From NCBI GenBank assembly GCA_013239625.1, contig MU053196.1, positions 248,001-312,000 of the forward strand: a DNA stretch of 64,000 bases, written 5' to 3'. This DNA comes from Lama guanicoe (Eukaryota). How positions within the stretch are numbered: position 1 is the first letter of the stretch; every line of letters begins with the position of its first letter. Shown piece by piece: positions 1-13,379 of this stretch. Made by a program: the position numbers and the translations under genes. The notes beneath the pieces are model-generated. The model was given only the letters and a program-made list of their open reading frames with translations, ran no database searches and was not told the DNA's origin.

Positions 1-1939
1 TCGTCCCTGCTATGGAGGAGGAATGCCTCATCCTCCCTGCACGGGGGACTGGGAAGCTCCTCTGACCCAGCTCAGGAGTCCAATGCCAAGTCTGGGCTGG
101 TCCCGACCCAGGCAAGGGCAGGGAAGCCCCAGCAGGTCCAAGTGTAGGAGGGTGCCCTGTCCCAGGAGGAGAAGAGCTCTTCACTTCTCCCAGCTAGGAG
201 GGGCTTCCCAGAGGGTGTGGCAGCTGGCTGGTCTGCAGGAGGCCCTCCGGCCGCCAGGGGCTGTGATGCCTCTGGATTGATGCGGAGATAGGGTGCCACC
301 TGGGCCAGGCAGTCAGGGCAAATCCCAGGCCCAGAACAAATATGCTTACGTTTCTGGGGTTCTGGCCCCTCTCATTTCTGTCTGTCTTCTCTCCCCTCGG
401 TGTCCACACGGGAGTCTGCGTGCGCGTGACTCAGGCTGGGGCCTCCCCACGAGCATGTGGGCCATTTGCGAGGTGGTCACAGAAGAGCCCGCTGGGGAGA
501 CGGGCAGGGGGCCGGCAGACCCGGGAACCTCATCCGGCTATTGGATTGGAGTGGGCAGGTCTGGGAGTCCCCAGAGGTGGAATCTGGGGTGTTACCCACA
601 ACTCTGCCTGGGGGCCCCTCCTGCAGCCCAGGGAGACGCCGTCCGGCCGCAGGGCCCCATTCTGTGCCTCAGCCATTCCACAGCCTCAGTCAGACTATCC
701 TCCTCTTCCTGTCAAGGCAACAAGAGGGTGCACCGACAACGTCTTCACAGGACGCTCGGGAAATGCCACGGGCTCATCCTGGAAGATAAATACAGGAACA
801 AACGTCGGGGGGACAGTGAGGGAAGAAACCGGCCCTGAGACCCCCAGCCGCAGGTCCACCTGCGGTGCCAGGAGGCCTGCTCCACGGGCGCCCCTTCCTA
901 GGGGGGAGCGCGCCCCTGGCCTCCAGCCCCCCGGAAGAGGCTGGTGGGCTGAGTGCTTCGCTGGCCGCCTGCTTGGCCTGGAGAGGAGCTGCTGGAGGCT
1001 CAGCACCTGCCTTGTAAACCCCCCAGGAGCGAGCTTCCCTGGGCGGGGCCCAGAGAGCAGGGCCCAGCTTTCTGGCTTCGGGGACACCGGGAAGGAGCTT
1101 GTCGCCGGGGCTGCATTGACCGCGGCTGCCTTGGAATCAGGCTGGAGGCAGAGTGCCGCTTTCAGGCCAGGGCTTCTCACTGACGATGCGGTGGAATCTG
1201 CCAGAAGCTCTCTGAGCGTGTTTCTGGGACCCAGCTCTGCAGGCCTGACGGGCCTGGGCACCCGGGCCAGGACCACGGACCCTCCTCTGAGGAGCTGAAC
1301 CCCGGCCGGTTCGCCGTCAGAAAGTAGGGCTCCTGGTCCGCGCGCCCGGGCCCTGCTCCTGGGGGGGCCTCCCACTGAACCCCCAAGTCAGGGGAAGGGC
1401 ACCGATCCTTCAGGGCCGTGAGAGGGTCAGGCTAACTGCTCACAGGCCCCCTCCGCCACAGGAGCGCCCCGGGCCGGGCAGACACCCTCAGGCCCCACCG
1501 GTGCCTCTCCTGGAGCCCTCACCAGGGTTTTCAGAGGGACAGGCCCAGTTACAGGTGGGCGGGAAACTGAAGCCCCGCCAGCGGCCTGCACAACCGCCAG
1601 GCCTCACGCCCACGTGCGAGGCGCCTCAGGAGCTGTTGGGCAGAGGGTCTTCCCGAGTCCTGGCTCCCTCACCACACTGGATGCTCCCGCGCTCTCCGAG
1701 GGCACCGAGCGAGCACTGGTGGACACGGACCTGAGGACGAGGCCACCACTGCTCTGGAAATGTCCCCATGGCCGCCTTGCAGGTAGGGGTGACAGGTGGG
1801 CTATCCAAAGCCGTCGCAGCACTGGGCGGGGGGGGGGTCGACTGACACAGTAGCCTCTGGGGCGTGGGGTCCAGATGTGTCAGGGCAGCAGCTGGAAGGG
1901 CAACGGGGCGGGGAGTGTCTGCCGCCCTCCTTTACAGCG

Positions 1940-1962
1940 CTAACCCTAACCCCAACCCTAAC
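1940..1962 (-). repeat. Short interstitial telomere-like repeat
   Basis: ctaaccctaaccccaaccctaac, about 4 CCCTAA units with one variant. Confidence 0.6.
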
Positions 1963-3767
1963 TGACCTCAGGCCCGCCCCGTGGTGGGGGCCTTGCAGGC
2001 TCAGGAGTTGCTGTGAGTGGGTTTCATTTCAGCAGCTCTTGTCCCAAGAGGCCCCACCAGCTGCTGAGCCTTGAGCACCCCCTCCTCCTGCACTAAACAT
2101 GATGCTGTCACCACCCTGTTTAGTGCCCTGAGGGCCTCCCTGTGTTCTCCATGCCCCACCCCCAACCTCCCTGTCTTCTTGTGTCTCAGCTCACTGAGCT
2201 CCCTGACCTCAGGGCCTTTGCACTGCTGTTTCCTCTGCTTGTAACCCTCTTTGCTGGTTTTGGATTTCATCGCAAGTGTTGCTTCTTACAGGAAGCCTTC
2301 TCTGACTTCTTTGACTAGGGAATTCTCTACTTTCTGTGCTGCTCTTTCACACGATTAGTGCAATCACCTTTTACATTTGTTTGTGCGACTAGTTAATTTT
2401 TATTCCTCTCCACCTTCAGACTTGCTTATGTGGGAGCCCCATGTGGATAAGAAACGTACCCGTTGTTGGGCCACCCCTGCCATCTGCCCAGGCAGGTTCA
2501 TCGTTTAGATTTGGGCCCCCAGCAAGTGTCTAAAGATGGGTTGTCAGGCTTGCAGACTCTCAGGCCCCACCCCAGCTGCCAGGTAAGAATCTGCAGTTTA
2601 GCCAGGTCTCCAGGTGATTGGCCAGCCCAGTGGAGTTTGAGGTGGGCTGGCTCGAGGCAGGGGGCTGGTTCCCCTTCTATCCCCTCCCCCTCTCCCTCCC
2701 CCTCCCCCCTTCCTGCCTGCCTGGGGCACCTGGGACTCTGCCTTCTGCTTTAGGTCAAAGAACCCACCTCCCTCCTCCTCACTGGCCCCGCCACCTGGGC
2801 AACAGTAACTCCTCCACTTAGCAACAGCTCCATTCATTTTTCCCTTCCATCCTCCGTACTTCAGTATCTCAAACCCTCATGATGTCAGACAGTCCCTGTT
2901 CTACTTCCAAAAAAATGAATAATTAGGTCCCAGAGGAAAAAGCAACCTTCTGAAATTAAGGGATGGCAGATGGGCTGTTGTCCACCGAGGAAACCACCCA
3001 AATCACACATACATGCCTCCAGCCATGTCGATGCCTGAGTCCTCGGCTGCCTCGGCCACAGGTGCAGGGCGTGAAGGTCGTGTGCTTCCCGTTGCTTTGC
3101 CTGCAGCTGCCCTCCCCCCATCAAAGCAGCCTAACGCTTCCAGCCGGGCGCGGCCACCACGAGAGGCCAGCCTCTGGCCGCAGACGCACCGCTGGCCTGG
3201 CTGGGCCTACCTCGGTCTCAGCCTCCTCTGCTGTAAGCCCCTCCTCTGGTCCCTTCTGAGGGGCTGGGGCAGGATCCAGGGCCTTAGGTCCCCAGGGTCC
3301 CCAGGCCCCTGCAGCCTGGAGAAGGCCCTCCGGCCCCACTGTGGTCACCTCTGACCCACAGGGACGCCTGCTGCTGGGCCTGAGTGTAGGTTGAGCTGCG
3401 GTGGGGTGGACTTGCAAGCCAGCGCCCTGAGGTCACAGAGACCGAGTGTGAGGGGCCTCGAGGGGCCGCCTGCCCGGTGGGGATGCAGGCCCCTTGGGTG
3501 CCGCCCGGGAGAGCTCACACAGCCCCTGCCCTCGGCCTCCGTCTGCCTCCCACTTCACAGAAACACAGACTCTTCTTTGTTGTTGTTGTTAAAGTCTTAG
3601 TGAATTAGCTTTATTTTATTAGGCATGATAGAAAAGCGGTTTCTTTTCTTTTACAAGCATTTGGAAATGATCTGAATTTTGAAAATAGAACGTTACAAGT
3701 TCTTGACTTCTTTTTGGAGAAAATTCACATGTGAGTCTCTAAGAGGTTGGCTCTTATTTAAGAGTAA

Positions 3768-4712
3768 TTTTTTATTATTATTTTATTTATTTTTAATTAA
3801 AGTACAGTCAGGTACAATGTGTCAGTTTCTGGTGTGCAGCACAACATCCCAGTCATGCATATACGTACATATATTCGTTATCATATTCTTTTTCATTAAA
3901 GGTTATTATATTGAATATAGTTCCCTGTGCTCTACAGAAGAAATCTGTTTTTTTCTAAATCTATTTTTATATATAGTGGCTAATATTAGCAAATCTCAAA
4001 CTTCCAAATATATCCCTTCCCACCCCCTTTCCTAGGTAACCATAAGATTGTTTACTATGCCTGCGAGTCTGTTTGTTTTGTAGATGAGTTCATTAGTGTC
4101 CTCTTTTTTCTTTTTTTAGATTCCATATATGAGTAGTATCATATGGTATTTTTCTTTCTCTTTTTGCCTTACTTCACTTACGATGATGATCTCTAGGTCC
4201 ATCCATGTTGCTGCAAAAGACTATTCTATTCTTTTTTATGGCTGAGTAGTATTCCACTGTATAAATATACCACAACTTCTTTAATCAGTCATCTGTCGAT
4301 GGACATTTAGGTTGTTTCCATGTCTTAGCTATTGTAAATAGTGCTGCTGTGAATATTTGGGTACATGTATTTTTACTAATTAGAGTTCCCTCCAGATACA
4401 TGCCCCAGAGTGGGGTTTGGATCATAAAGTAAGTCTACTTTGAGTTTGTTGAGGAATCTCCATACTGTTTTCCACAATGTCTGCACCAAAATGCATTCCC
4501 ACCAGCAGAGTAGGAGGGTTCCCATTTCTCCACACCCTCTTCAGCATTTATCATTCATGGACTTTTCGATGATGGCCATTCTGTCTGATGTGGGATGACA
4601 CCTCACTGTAGTTTTGATTTGCATTTCTCTGATAATTAGCGATACTGAGCATTTTTTCTTGTGTCTATTGGCCATTTGTATGTCTTCACAACTGCTTGTC
4701 TAGGTCTCCTGC
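3768..4712 (-). mobile_element. 5'-truncated young L1 (3' UTR and end of ORF2)
   Basis: T-rich tail, then typical antisense L1 motifs (ggtccatccatgttgctgcaaa, gatggacatttaggttgtttccatgtctt, ttttgatttgcatttctctgat). Confidence 0.9.
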
Positions 4713-5414
4713 CACTTCTGGATGGGTTTTTGGAGAAACACCGATTCCTGAGGGTTGCTCTGGGCCAGCCTGCCCTCCACCTACATAGCTCACCACCCAA
4801 CAGCACAGAGGGTATGCCCCACTCCTGGGAGCTCCCTTCCCAGCCTCTCCCCTTCCCTCAGCCCCAGCTGGTCCCACAGCTTCCCCCCCACTCAGAGCCA
4901 CCCCAGCCCGTCCTCCCTCTCTGTCCCCTCCTGCACCACTTTCCTTACCCACCTCCACGTGCTGTCTTTGCTGAGAGCCAGGCCCAGGCCTGTCACTCCT
5001 GACCCCCACGCAGTCAGGGGCCCAGCAACTGGTGGTCGAAGGAGTGAAAGAGCAGCAAATATGATATTTCGGCTACTGCGCCATGAGCCCCAGGTTCTTA
5101 CCTGTCACAGGAGCTGCACCGTCCTCCCCACGTCTGTGCTGTCTGGGCCAACTCTGTGTGGAAACTGGCCTGTGTCCCTTTATTAAATCTCGCCAGGTTC
5201 AGGATCTTTTCAGAGATTGTGTCACCTGAGCAGGCTGATCCACCTCTGTTTCCACCTGACAGGCCCCAGGGGATGTTCTCAGGTCACCTGGCTCACAGTC
5301 ACCTGAGCACACCTGGCACAGGGCCCAGGGCTGCCCAGGCTGCTGCAGCCTTTAATCACCAGTCAGCCTGCATCCTCTTTTGCAGCCTGGTGCGTGGACA
5401 CAGACGGGTGCCTG

Positions 5415-5670
5415 TTCTCTAGGCTCTCAAAATGTCCGCGTGTCCACATTTAGGAAGTCAAAAGAAGCAGGTAAAATTCACTGTAATAATATTTAAATAC
5501 TATATCCACGATATCGTTTCAACATGAAATCAGTATAAAATTATTATTTTTTTAATTGAAGTATAGTCAGTTACAATGTGTCAATTTCTGGTGATATAAA
5601 AATTATTATTGAGACAGATCACAGTGTCCCTCTCTTTGTACCACCTCATGTTTTAGGTGGACAGCCCATC
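5415..5670. mobile_element. MER3-like hAT-Charlie MITE interrupted by a ~45-bp L1 3' tail (5549-5593)
   Basis: aaaagaagcaggtaaaattcactgtaataatattt...tttcaacatgaaatcagtataaaa resembles MER3; the insert is flanked by duplicated tataaaa(a)ttattatt. Confidence 0.65.
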
Positions 5671-7526
5671 CCACCTCCTCTTGGCTGTATCCCCTGCGGT
5701 CCCTGCGTCCTGGCCCCAGAGTCTTTCACCCAGCCCCTCCTCTCCCATAACAGGGCCAGGGCCTGCCACCCCTCCAGTGCAGTCTCCCAGCGTCTTCCTT
5801 CCCTGCTCACGTATGTGAGGACAGGCGCCAGGTGAGGTTGGCCAGAGCCCCAGGCAGGTGCCTCACGTGGCCACGCCTGCCCCAAGAGGAGGGCTTTGTT
5901 GGTCCTCGCATCTGCAGCAGAGCCCAGGGCTGCTGGTCACCTGACACCTGGGCAGAGCATGCCTGGCGTGGACCAGAGCCTGTGGAGCTGCCAGGAGACT
6001 TGCGTCTCAGGTGCCTGTAACCCACGGGGGTGGGCAGCCAGTCAGGGTCCTGGGGCAGCCCCCTCCGTTTCTCTGCCTCTCTCTTTCCACAGCAACCCCC
6101 CAGCCAGCCACCAGGAGGACTGTTCAGAATGCACACGCACATGTCAGAGGATGCCTTCCACAGTGAGAGAGAGTTTGATCGGTTTCCAATCCTAATCTAT
6201 AAGAAACGCTGGTAACAGCACGGGGTTGAACACTTGAGACCTAAGAGGGTAGATCCAGTGTTAAGTGCTCCTACTACGATGATATCTTTAAGAAATTTAA
6301 AAAAGAAATGTCCGCGTTACAGGGAAAGGAAGGGAGGTACAAAAATCTCAGATGAAATTCCGACTTTTGACTTTGACGTGGTTTTATGAAAGAGGCTCTA
6401 AATTCTCCATGTCCCTCTCTGTGCCTTTCTCACTGCAAGTGCATCTCAGGACTTGGAAAAGTGCATCATTAGAAAGTCTCGGTGAGGACTTACGTGTGGC
6501 CCTTTTGAGGATAAATTCTGACCTCTTTCATTCTGAAAAATCTCCATTATTTCTAGGTCTGTTACTATTGACTGATTTTTCGTCTGCTCATATTTCACAC
6601 TTTCTTGCATTAGTGATGCCAGTCATTGTGAATTTTAGACTGTAAATACTACATTTTGTTGTATACTTTTCAAGAGTATGGAAGCTATTTCCAGTTCTGC
6701 TTTGTTCTTTTAAGGTTTGTTTCAAAGCTCTTTTAAGACAGGTTAGGCTTTTTAAAGAGTTGCTTTAGCCTCACTACTGAGGAGTTACTGATTGCCCCTG
6801 TATTCCTCCAGGTCTGGGTGTAGGGAGTATGAACACTTCCTAGCCCTGTGTGAGCTCTGGAAATTGCTCTGCTTGTAGCTCCCGGCTCCTCTCCTTTCCC
6901 TGGGACTTGCTCTTGCAAACCAAGGAGATTTTCCTTGATTGTGAGCAAATGGTTTCCAACTGAAGACTCAAGAGAATCCCTATGCAGATTTCTGAGCTCT
7001 TTGCCTGCAAGACTTCCTTCCCCCTCTTCAGTACCCTGCCCCACAGATTTTAACTGCCTCAGCCTCCCCAGGGTCCGGCCTCGGCCTCCTCAACTCCACG
7101 AAACCACCTGTCCCTATTTCCCTACCTGTGCCAAGATCGCGAGGTGCCTCCAGGCCGAGATCGAGGCTGCTTGAAGGGCCCATCCCTGCTGGTTCCCTTC
7201 TCTTAGGGATCACAGTCTTTCACTGCCTGTTGTTTAACATCTAAAGACAACTTTATGTCCCGTGGCTATTTTGCAGATGGTTTGTTTAACATATTATGTC
7301 CAATATTCAGTGGAAAGATTAAGACTGACTTTGTTACTCCCTTACAGCCAGAAGTGGAAAATTTGGTTTTATATTTAAAAATAATTTTTTCTTAATTATA
7401 AAAATGACACATGTTCATTTTAGAAAATTTGAAATTACAAGTAGACACAAAAATGAAAATAGAAATCACTCACCACAAAAAATAACCATCGTTGTGGTGC
7501 GTGACCTTCTGTAGAGTCCTGAGTAC

Positions 7527-7549
7527 GTGTGTGTGTGTGTGTGTGTGTG
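7527..7549. repeat. (GT)n microsatellite
   Basis: About 11 GT units. Confidence 0.9.
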
Positions 7550-8479
7550 AGTGCACCTGCATACACACTGTTTGTTTCTTACAAAAATAGAATGATGGTG
7601 CATGTACTGTTTTATAATCTGATTTTTTCATTTAATATTATATCACAAGTCTTCTCCCATTTCCCTGCAGCCTTGAGACTGTCACTCATACACACACACC
7701 CCTCTGCACCTGCCTTCCTTCCCTACTTCTGTCTTTTCCTCCAACTCTTCCTGTTCCTCAGAACTCTGTCGACCCTATCCCAGTGCTAACACCACCCTAG
7801 ACATTGCAATGTGTGCAAAAGAAACAGCGGTGCTTGAGGGAAGAGAGAGAAGTGCTGTGCCTGCCAGGAGGGCGGTGGCAAAGCCAGGTGCAGACAAGCA
7901 GTCCACCGAGTGGGGTGAGACGTCTGCACGCGGAACACGTACAGAAGAGGACAGGATGGGTTTTGAAAAATAGGATCACAGACCAAGAAGTGAACTCTGT
8001 GCTCTCTCTAGATTCACCTCCCAGAGATCCCACAGGGCTGGAGTGATGTGATGAGTCGCCAGGTTTCTGGGGTTTTTAAAGCTTCGACTCTCTTTGTTGA
8101 AAAGGTTGCTTTGCCTAACTTGAGCATCAAACCCTGCCCTGGTCCTGTTGCTAAGGGGAGCCCGAACAAACTCATAATCCCTACCGGTAGCTCATTCACT
8201 TAAAACACCCAGCAGAAGACAGTCGATCCTGTTTACTACAGTATTTTGGTAACATAGCTATTAGGACTCCTTAAAGAGTGAACGCGAGACTTGCTTCTGG
8301 TCTGGTAATCATAGAGGGTAAATTCATTATAACAAGAATCAACCTCACAATTATGTGGGGGGTAAGGTAAAGTGAGGGCTAATTTTTAGACATCTTCTTT
8401 CCTTGAGGCATATTTTTTAATGTGCCTATTAAATTTCCATTTTTTTATGACTCAGGTAATTTCATATTTTTATCCTAGT

Positions 8480-10435
8480 TATCAATAGGTATTCATATTC
8501 ACAAACTATAAACACTGAAAATTGCAAATATGTGCAGGTTTGTTTCTGAGCTCTCTTTCTGTTCCATTGGTCCATCCACGAACCAGAACCACCACACTGG
8601 ATTGATCCCTATAGCTTCATAAGTCTTGATATTTGGCAAGTTTCCCACTGTGTTCTCTTCAGGAGTGTCTTGGCTATTCTTGGTTCTTTGCCTTTCCATA
8701 GAAATTTTATAGTTAACTCATCAAGTTCCACAAAAACACCTCTAGGGATTTTTATTAAAAATTGCATTGAGTCTATATATCAATAGGGGAAAATAAAATC
8801 TGTATAAACTTGGGTTTTCCTATTCATAAATATATTTCTTTAAGGTATTCTTTAAAGATCTTCAAATAATTTTTTCTCCATAATGGTCTTACAAGTAATT
8901 CTTTCATTATATTTAGAGTTACTAGAAGTGTGTCAAATACATATTTTTGCCAAATACTGAATAACCAAGTGCCAAAACAGATATTTGGCCAAAGCCATGG
9001 AAAAATCTGATTTCAGATAACTAAATAAAGTAAACTAAAACTAAATCTGTGAAACACATGCATAAATATAAAATTTTATCAGGAAATTCATGTTATGAAA
9101 AAATATTTCAATTTTATAATAAAATTTTAGTACAAAAAGTTTGTTTGATACTGTAATGCAGGAACAGTCAGTTCTCAGAGCCAACAACTGTTAGACTGCT
9201 CCCACAGCTCGCAAACAGCCCGCTGGCAGTGCCCTCACTTCCAAATGAGATGCAGGGAAAAGCAAGACGTTTTTGAGGAATACCAGTTTCTTCTCTAAGA
9301 CTTTTATCTTCATGTTTTTTATGTTTTATTGGCTAGATCTTTTCTTCTTAGAGAAAATTTGAAGTGGCAAACATAACAATATATTTTAAATTTATCTTCA
9401 TGAGATGTGAAGGATTACCAAACAATAATTTTCCTCAAAGATCTCATGTTTTAAGTGAAATTAAGTAACTGAAAATTAAATGCAGGTTAAAGATTATTTT
9501 GTTTAGTGTAATGAGTGCTGGTATGCCAAACACTTCTATGATAACTAGAATAATTACATGATCTAATCCTTAGCTTTGTGCTTGTATAATTGCAAAAGTT
9601 TTAGGAACATTTCTTAGTTCAAAAATGTTATAATGTTCATCCTAAGTCAATCTCACTAATGCATTCTCTTAATATTCATATTAACCTACCGTCTTTTCCC
9701 TTATTTAGCTATTTGGGAGCTCTGTATCATTGTTTTTCTGCATAAAATTAACTACTTTCATAATCATCATTAATGATTGTGGAATTTTACTCCTGTGATA
9801 ATAAATACACAGTTACATTACAACCAACATTTCAACAGGGGAAGAACCTAAGAGTTTTTCCTCCAAGTTATATGCAGAATGCTCACCTATATTCGTAAAT
9901 TAAAGACAGATTTTAGCAATAAAGTCTAACAGCATGCTTTGTCTGTATTACTAATGGTAACCTGCACAGTCTTGTGGTCACACATAGGTTCAGGTATCCA
10001 AGAAATGACATGAAAGTAGACATCTGACCTTCTCACATCCAAAGCCAACACAAAGTAGCAAATTTGGGCCAAAAACAGAGGGTGAAGATCAACTTCAGTG
10101 ACAATAGTTCTAGATAACTTTTTCTTAATTGCTATTATAAGTGTTTTTAACAAATTGTATTTCCTATATATTATTATTATATGTACATAAATTTAATTAT
10201 TGAGTTTTGCATATTGATCTTAAATCTAGCAACTTTGACAAGTTTTCACCTTAATTTTAACACTTTGTGTATTTTGGGGGTCATTTTGAAGCGCACCATC
10301 ACAGCTGTCAATAGGGATAATTCGTCTTTTCTTTTACAACAGTATTCTTTGTATTGCAAGGGCTTCAACAGCGCTGAATAGAAGCAGAGCGAGCAGGTAT
10401 CTGTCTTGTTTGATTCTTAAAGAGAACGCCTTTCA
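8480..10435 (-). mobile_element. Old L1 (L1ME-like) fragments at ~8480-8915 and ~10112-10435
   Basis: Antisense ORF2-like motifs (ttctgttccattggtc, ttggctattcttgg, attgcattgagtctata, tattgatcttaaatctagcaactttg). Confidence 0.7.
8923..10111 (-). mobile_element. Probable ancient hAT-type DNA transposon fossil inside an old L1
   Basis: Imperfect terminal inverted repeats (tagaagtgtgtca versus reverse complement tagaactattgtca); decayed ccgaata-like subterminal motifs; old L1 sequence on both sides. Confidence 0.45.
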
Positions 10436-10737
10436 ATGAATGAAGATTCATTACAAAGTTTGCTGAGTTTATCCAGAAATACTATGGAATCAAAACTGTA
10501 AACCGTACATTCTTTGATTCAACACATCACATATTCAGTAAGTTCCATAAACTTATATTTAGCCTGGCTCAAAAAAAAAAAATCAAGCATATACCAGAGA
10601 TTTAGAGTCTTTTATTAGCATTTATTAGCAAGAAACTTGGGAAGATAAGGATTGTTGACTCAGGTAGGAAAAGAAATCAAGGATAAAGTTTGCAAACACT
10701 TGTAGAGCATGTAAAGATCCCAAGAATGTACATCTTT

Positions 10738-12463
10738 GGGTTTTTTTAAATTGTGGTGAAATATACATAACATGAAATTTATTTATGAGGGGAAGGCAAT
10801 TAGGTTTATTTATTTATTTTTTGTGGAGGTACTAGGGATTGAAGCCAGAACCTCATGCTTGCTAAGCACGCACTCTGCCACTGAACCATATATACCCTCC
10901 TGCCTAAAATGCATCATCTTAACCATTTTTGACTGTACAGTTCGCTCACATTAGATACATTCACATAGTTGTGCACCATCACCACCATCCACATCTACAA
11001 CTGTCCATCTCATAAAACTGAAACTCTGTCCCTGTTAAACAGTATTCTCCATTCTCGCCTGCCCTCAGGCTCTGGCGATCACCATTCTACTGTCTCCATG
11101 AATCTGACTACATCAGCTACCTCATATAACGGAATCATGCAACATCGGTCCTTTAGGGGCTGACTTATTTCACTTACAAAAATGTCATCAAAGCTTATCT
11201 ATGTCGTAGCCTGTGTCAGAATTTTTTTCCTTTTTATGGCTGAATGATGTTCCGTTATACATATAATATCACATTTTGTTTATCCATCCATCCACTGATG
11301 GACAGTTGGGTTTCTTTCAGCTTCTGACTATTGTGAATAATGTTATAAACATGAGTGCACAGAAATCTGTTTGAATCTCTGCTTTCAATTCTTTTAGGTA
11401 CATACACAAAAATGGAATTGCTGAATCATATGCTGATTCTAAGTTTTTTTTTTTGAGAAACCACCATACTGTTTTCTACAGCAGCTGTATCATTTTACGT
11501 TCCCATCAACAGTGCACAAGGATTCCAATTTCTCTGCATCCTCACCAACATGACTTATTTTCTGTTTTTGTGATGGTAGCCATCCTAATGGGTATGAGGT
11601 GGTATCTTATTGTGGTTCTGATTTGCATTCACCTAATAATCAGTAACACTGAACACCTTTACATGTGGTTTTTGGCCACTTATATATCTTCTTTGGGGAA
11701 ATGTCTATTCAAGTCTTTGCCCATTTTTAAATTGGGTTGTTTTTTGTTGTTACTGAGTTGTAGGAATTCTTTATATATTCTGGGTATTAACTCCTTAGCA
11801 GATACATAATTTCCAAATATTTTCTTCAAATCCAGGGGTTGCCTTTTCACTCTGTTGATTGTGTCTCTCAATGCACAGAAGTTTTAAATTGTGATGTAGT
11901 CTAGTTTACTTTTTTCCCCCCATTTGTTGCCTGTGGTTTTGGTGTCATAAACAGAAATTATTTCCAAATTAAAAATCATGAAAATTTCCCTTAAGCTTTC
12001 TTCTAAGAGTTTTTATAGTTTTAACTCTTTCAGTTAGGTCTTTGATCCATTTGGAATTAATTTTTGTATGTAATATATTTTAGGGTCCAGTGTCATTCTT
12101 TCATTTGTGGATGTCCAGTTTTCTCAACACCATTTGTTGAAAAGACTGTTCTTGCGCCTGCTTAGTGGTCTTGGCACCCTTGTTGAAACTCACTTGGCTC
12201 CACATGCGAGGGTTTATTTCTGGGCTGTCCATTGTCTTCCACTGTTTTACTGGTCTTTTTGTCAGTACTGCACTGTTTCAATTACTGTAGCTTTGCAGTA
12301 ATTTCTGAAATGAGGAAGTTTGAAACTTTCAGCTTTGTTCTTTTTTGAGATTGTTTTGGGTCTCCTGCGTCCCTTGACATTCCATATAAATTTGAGGATA
12401 GACTTCTCTACTTCTGCAAAAAAAAGTCATTGGAATTTTGACAGAAATTGCATTGAATCTGTA
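10738..12463 (-). mobile_element. L1 (L1MA/MB-like), 3' ~1.7 kb
   Basis: Continuous antisense L1; ORF 11680..11871 (DTINRVKRQP...IFGNYVSAKELIPRIYKE) is ORF2-derived. Confidence 0.9.
10778..10902 (-). mobile_element. tRNA-derived SINE (Vic-1-like) inserted in an L1 3' end
   Basis: tggaggtactagggattgaagccagaacctcatgcttgctaagcacgcactctgccactga matches the copy at 20.4 kb, including the gggga(a)gg(c/t)aattaggttt tail segment. Confidence 0.8.
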
Positions 12464-12840
12464 AGAAAGTAAATCTTAACCCAAGTTGGGTCAAAGTCCT
12501 TTTGTGTCGACATTAATACCCATTCTAGATCTTATCCTCATGACTTGGAGAATTTATTCCCTAGAAATTCCATTTTGCGCCATTTTGTGTCATCTGGATT
12601 GTAAATATTTAATTTCAAATACTTAATCTCTTGTGGAATGTAACAGTTTTGGGGCTATACAAACTAATAACTTGTCTAGGGAAACTGCATTTTCTGTAAC
12701 TCACTTGTCTACAAGAATATTTGTAGTCTTTTGGTAATGAGAAAGCTTCAAGATCTTTGCTGGTTTCCTCACGTCAAGCTTGATTGCAATAAATTGATAA
12801 TTCTTACAGGCTCAGTGTGTAAAAACACAGGAAGGATGAG

Positions 12841-13379
12841 CCATCCGGCTTTGTTCTTTTTCAAGGTTGTTTTGGCCTTTCAGGGCCCATTGCAATCCAC
12901 ATGAATTTGAGGATCATCTTTTTCATTTCTGCAAAAAAGGCTGTTGGAATTTTATAGGGATTGCATTGACTCTGCAGACCACTTCAAGTAATATTGACAT
13001 CTTAACAATATTGTCTTTCTATCCATGAACAAGGGATGTCTTTCCATTTATGGAGGTTTTCTTTAATTTATTTCAGCAATACTTTGTAGTTTTCAGTGTA
13101 CAGGCCTTTCCCCACCTTGGTTAAGTTTATTGCTGTGTATTTTATTCTTTTAAATGCTATTACATATTGAATTGCTTTCTTAATTTCCTTTGCAGACTGT
13201 TCATTGCATGTGTACAGAAATACAACTGGCTATTGCATATTGATCTTATACCCTGCAACTTTGCTGAGTTCCCTTGTGAGGTTTAGTTAACTGTATTGTG
13301 GATTTGGGGGGTTTTCCTGTATATAGGACTATGTTATCTGCAAATGGAGATAATTTAACTTCTTCCTTTCCATTTGAGA
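12841..13379 (-). mobile_element. L1 ORF2 fragment ending abruptly at the 33-bp satellite
   Basis: ORF 13246..13494 contains GKEEVKLSPFADNIVLY, a degenerate L1 reverse-transcriptase FADD motif. Confidence 0.85.

Noticed and set aside
300..349. Minus-strand donor (gtaagc) and acceptor (cccag) pair suggesting a spliced gene
   Set aside because: The implied intron is only ~50 nt, below the usual mammalian minimum, and the flanking peptides are unrecognisable.
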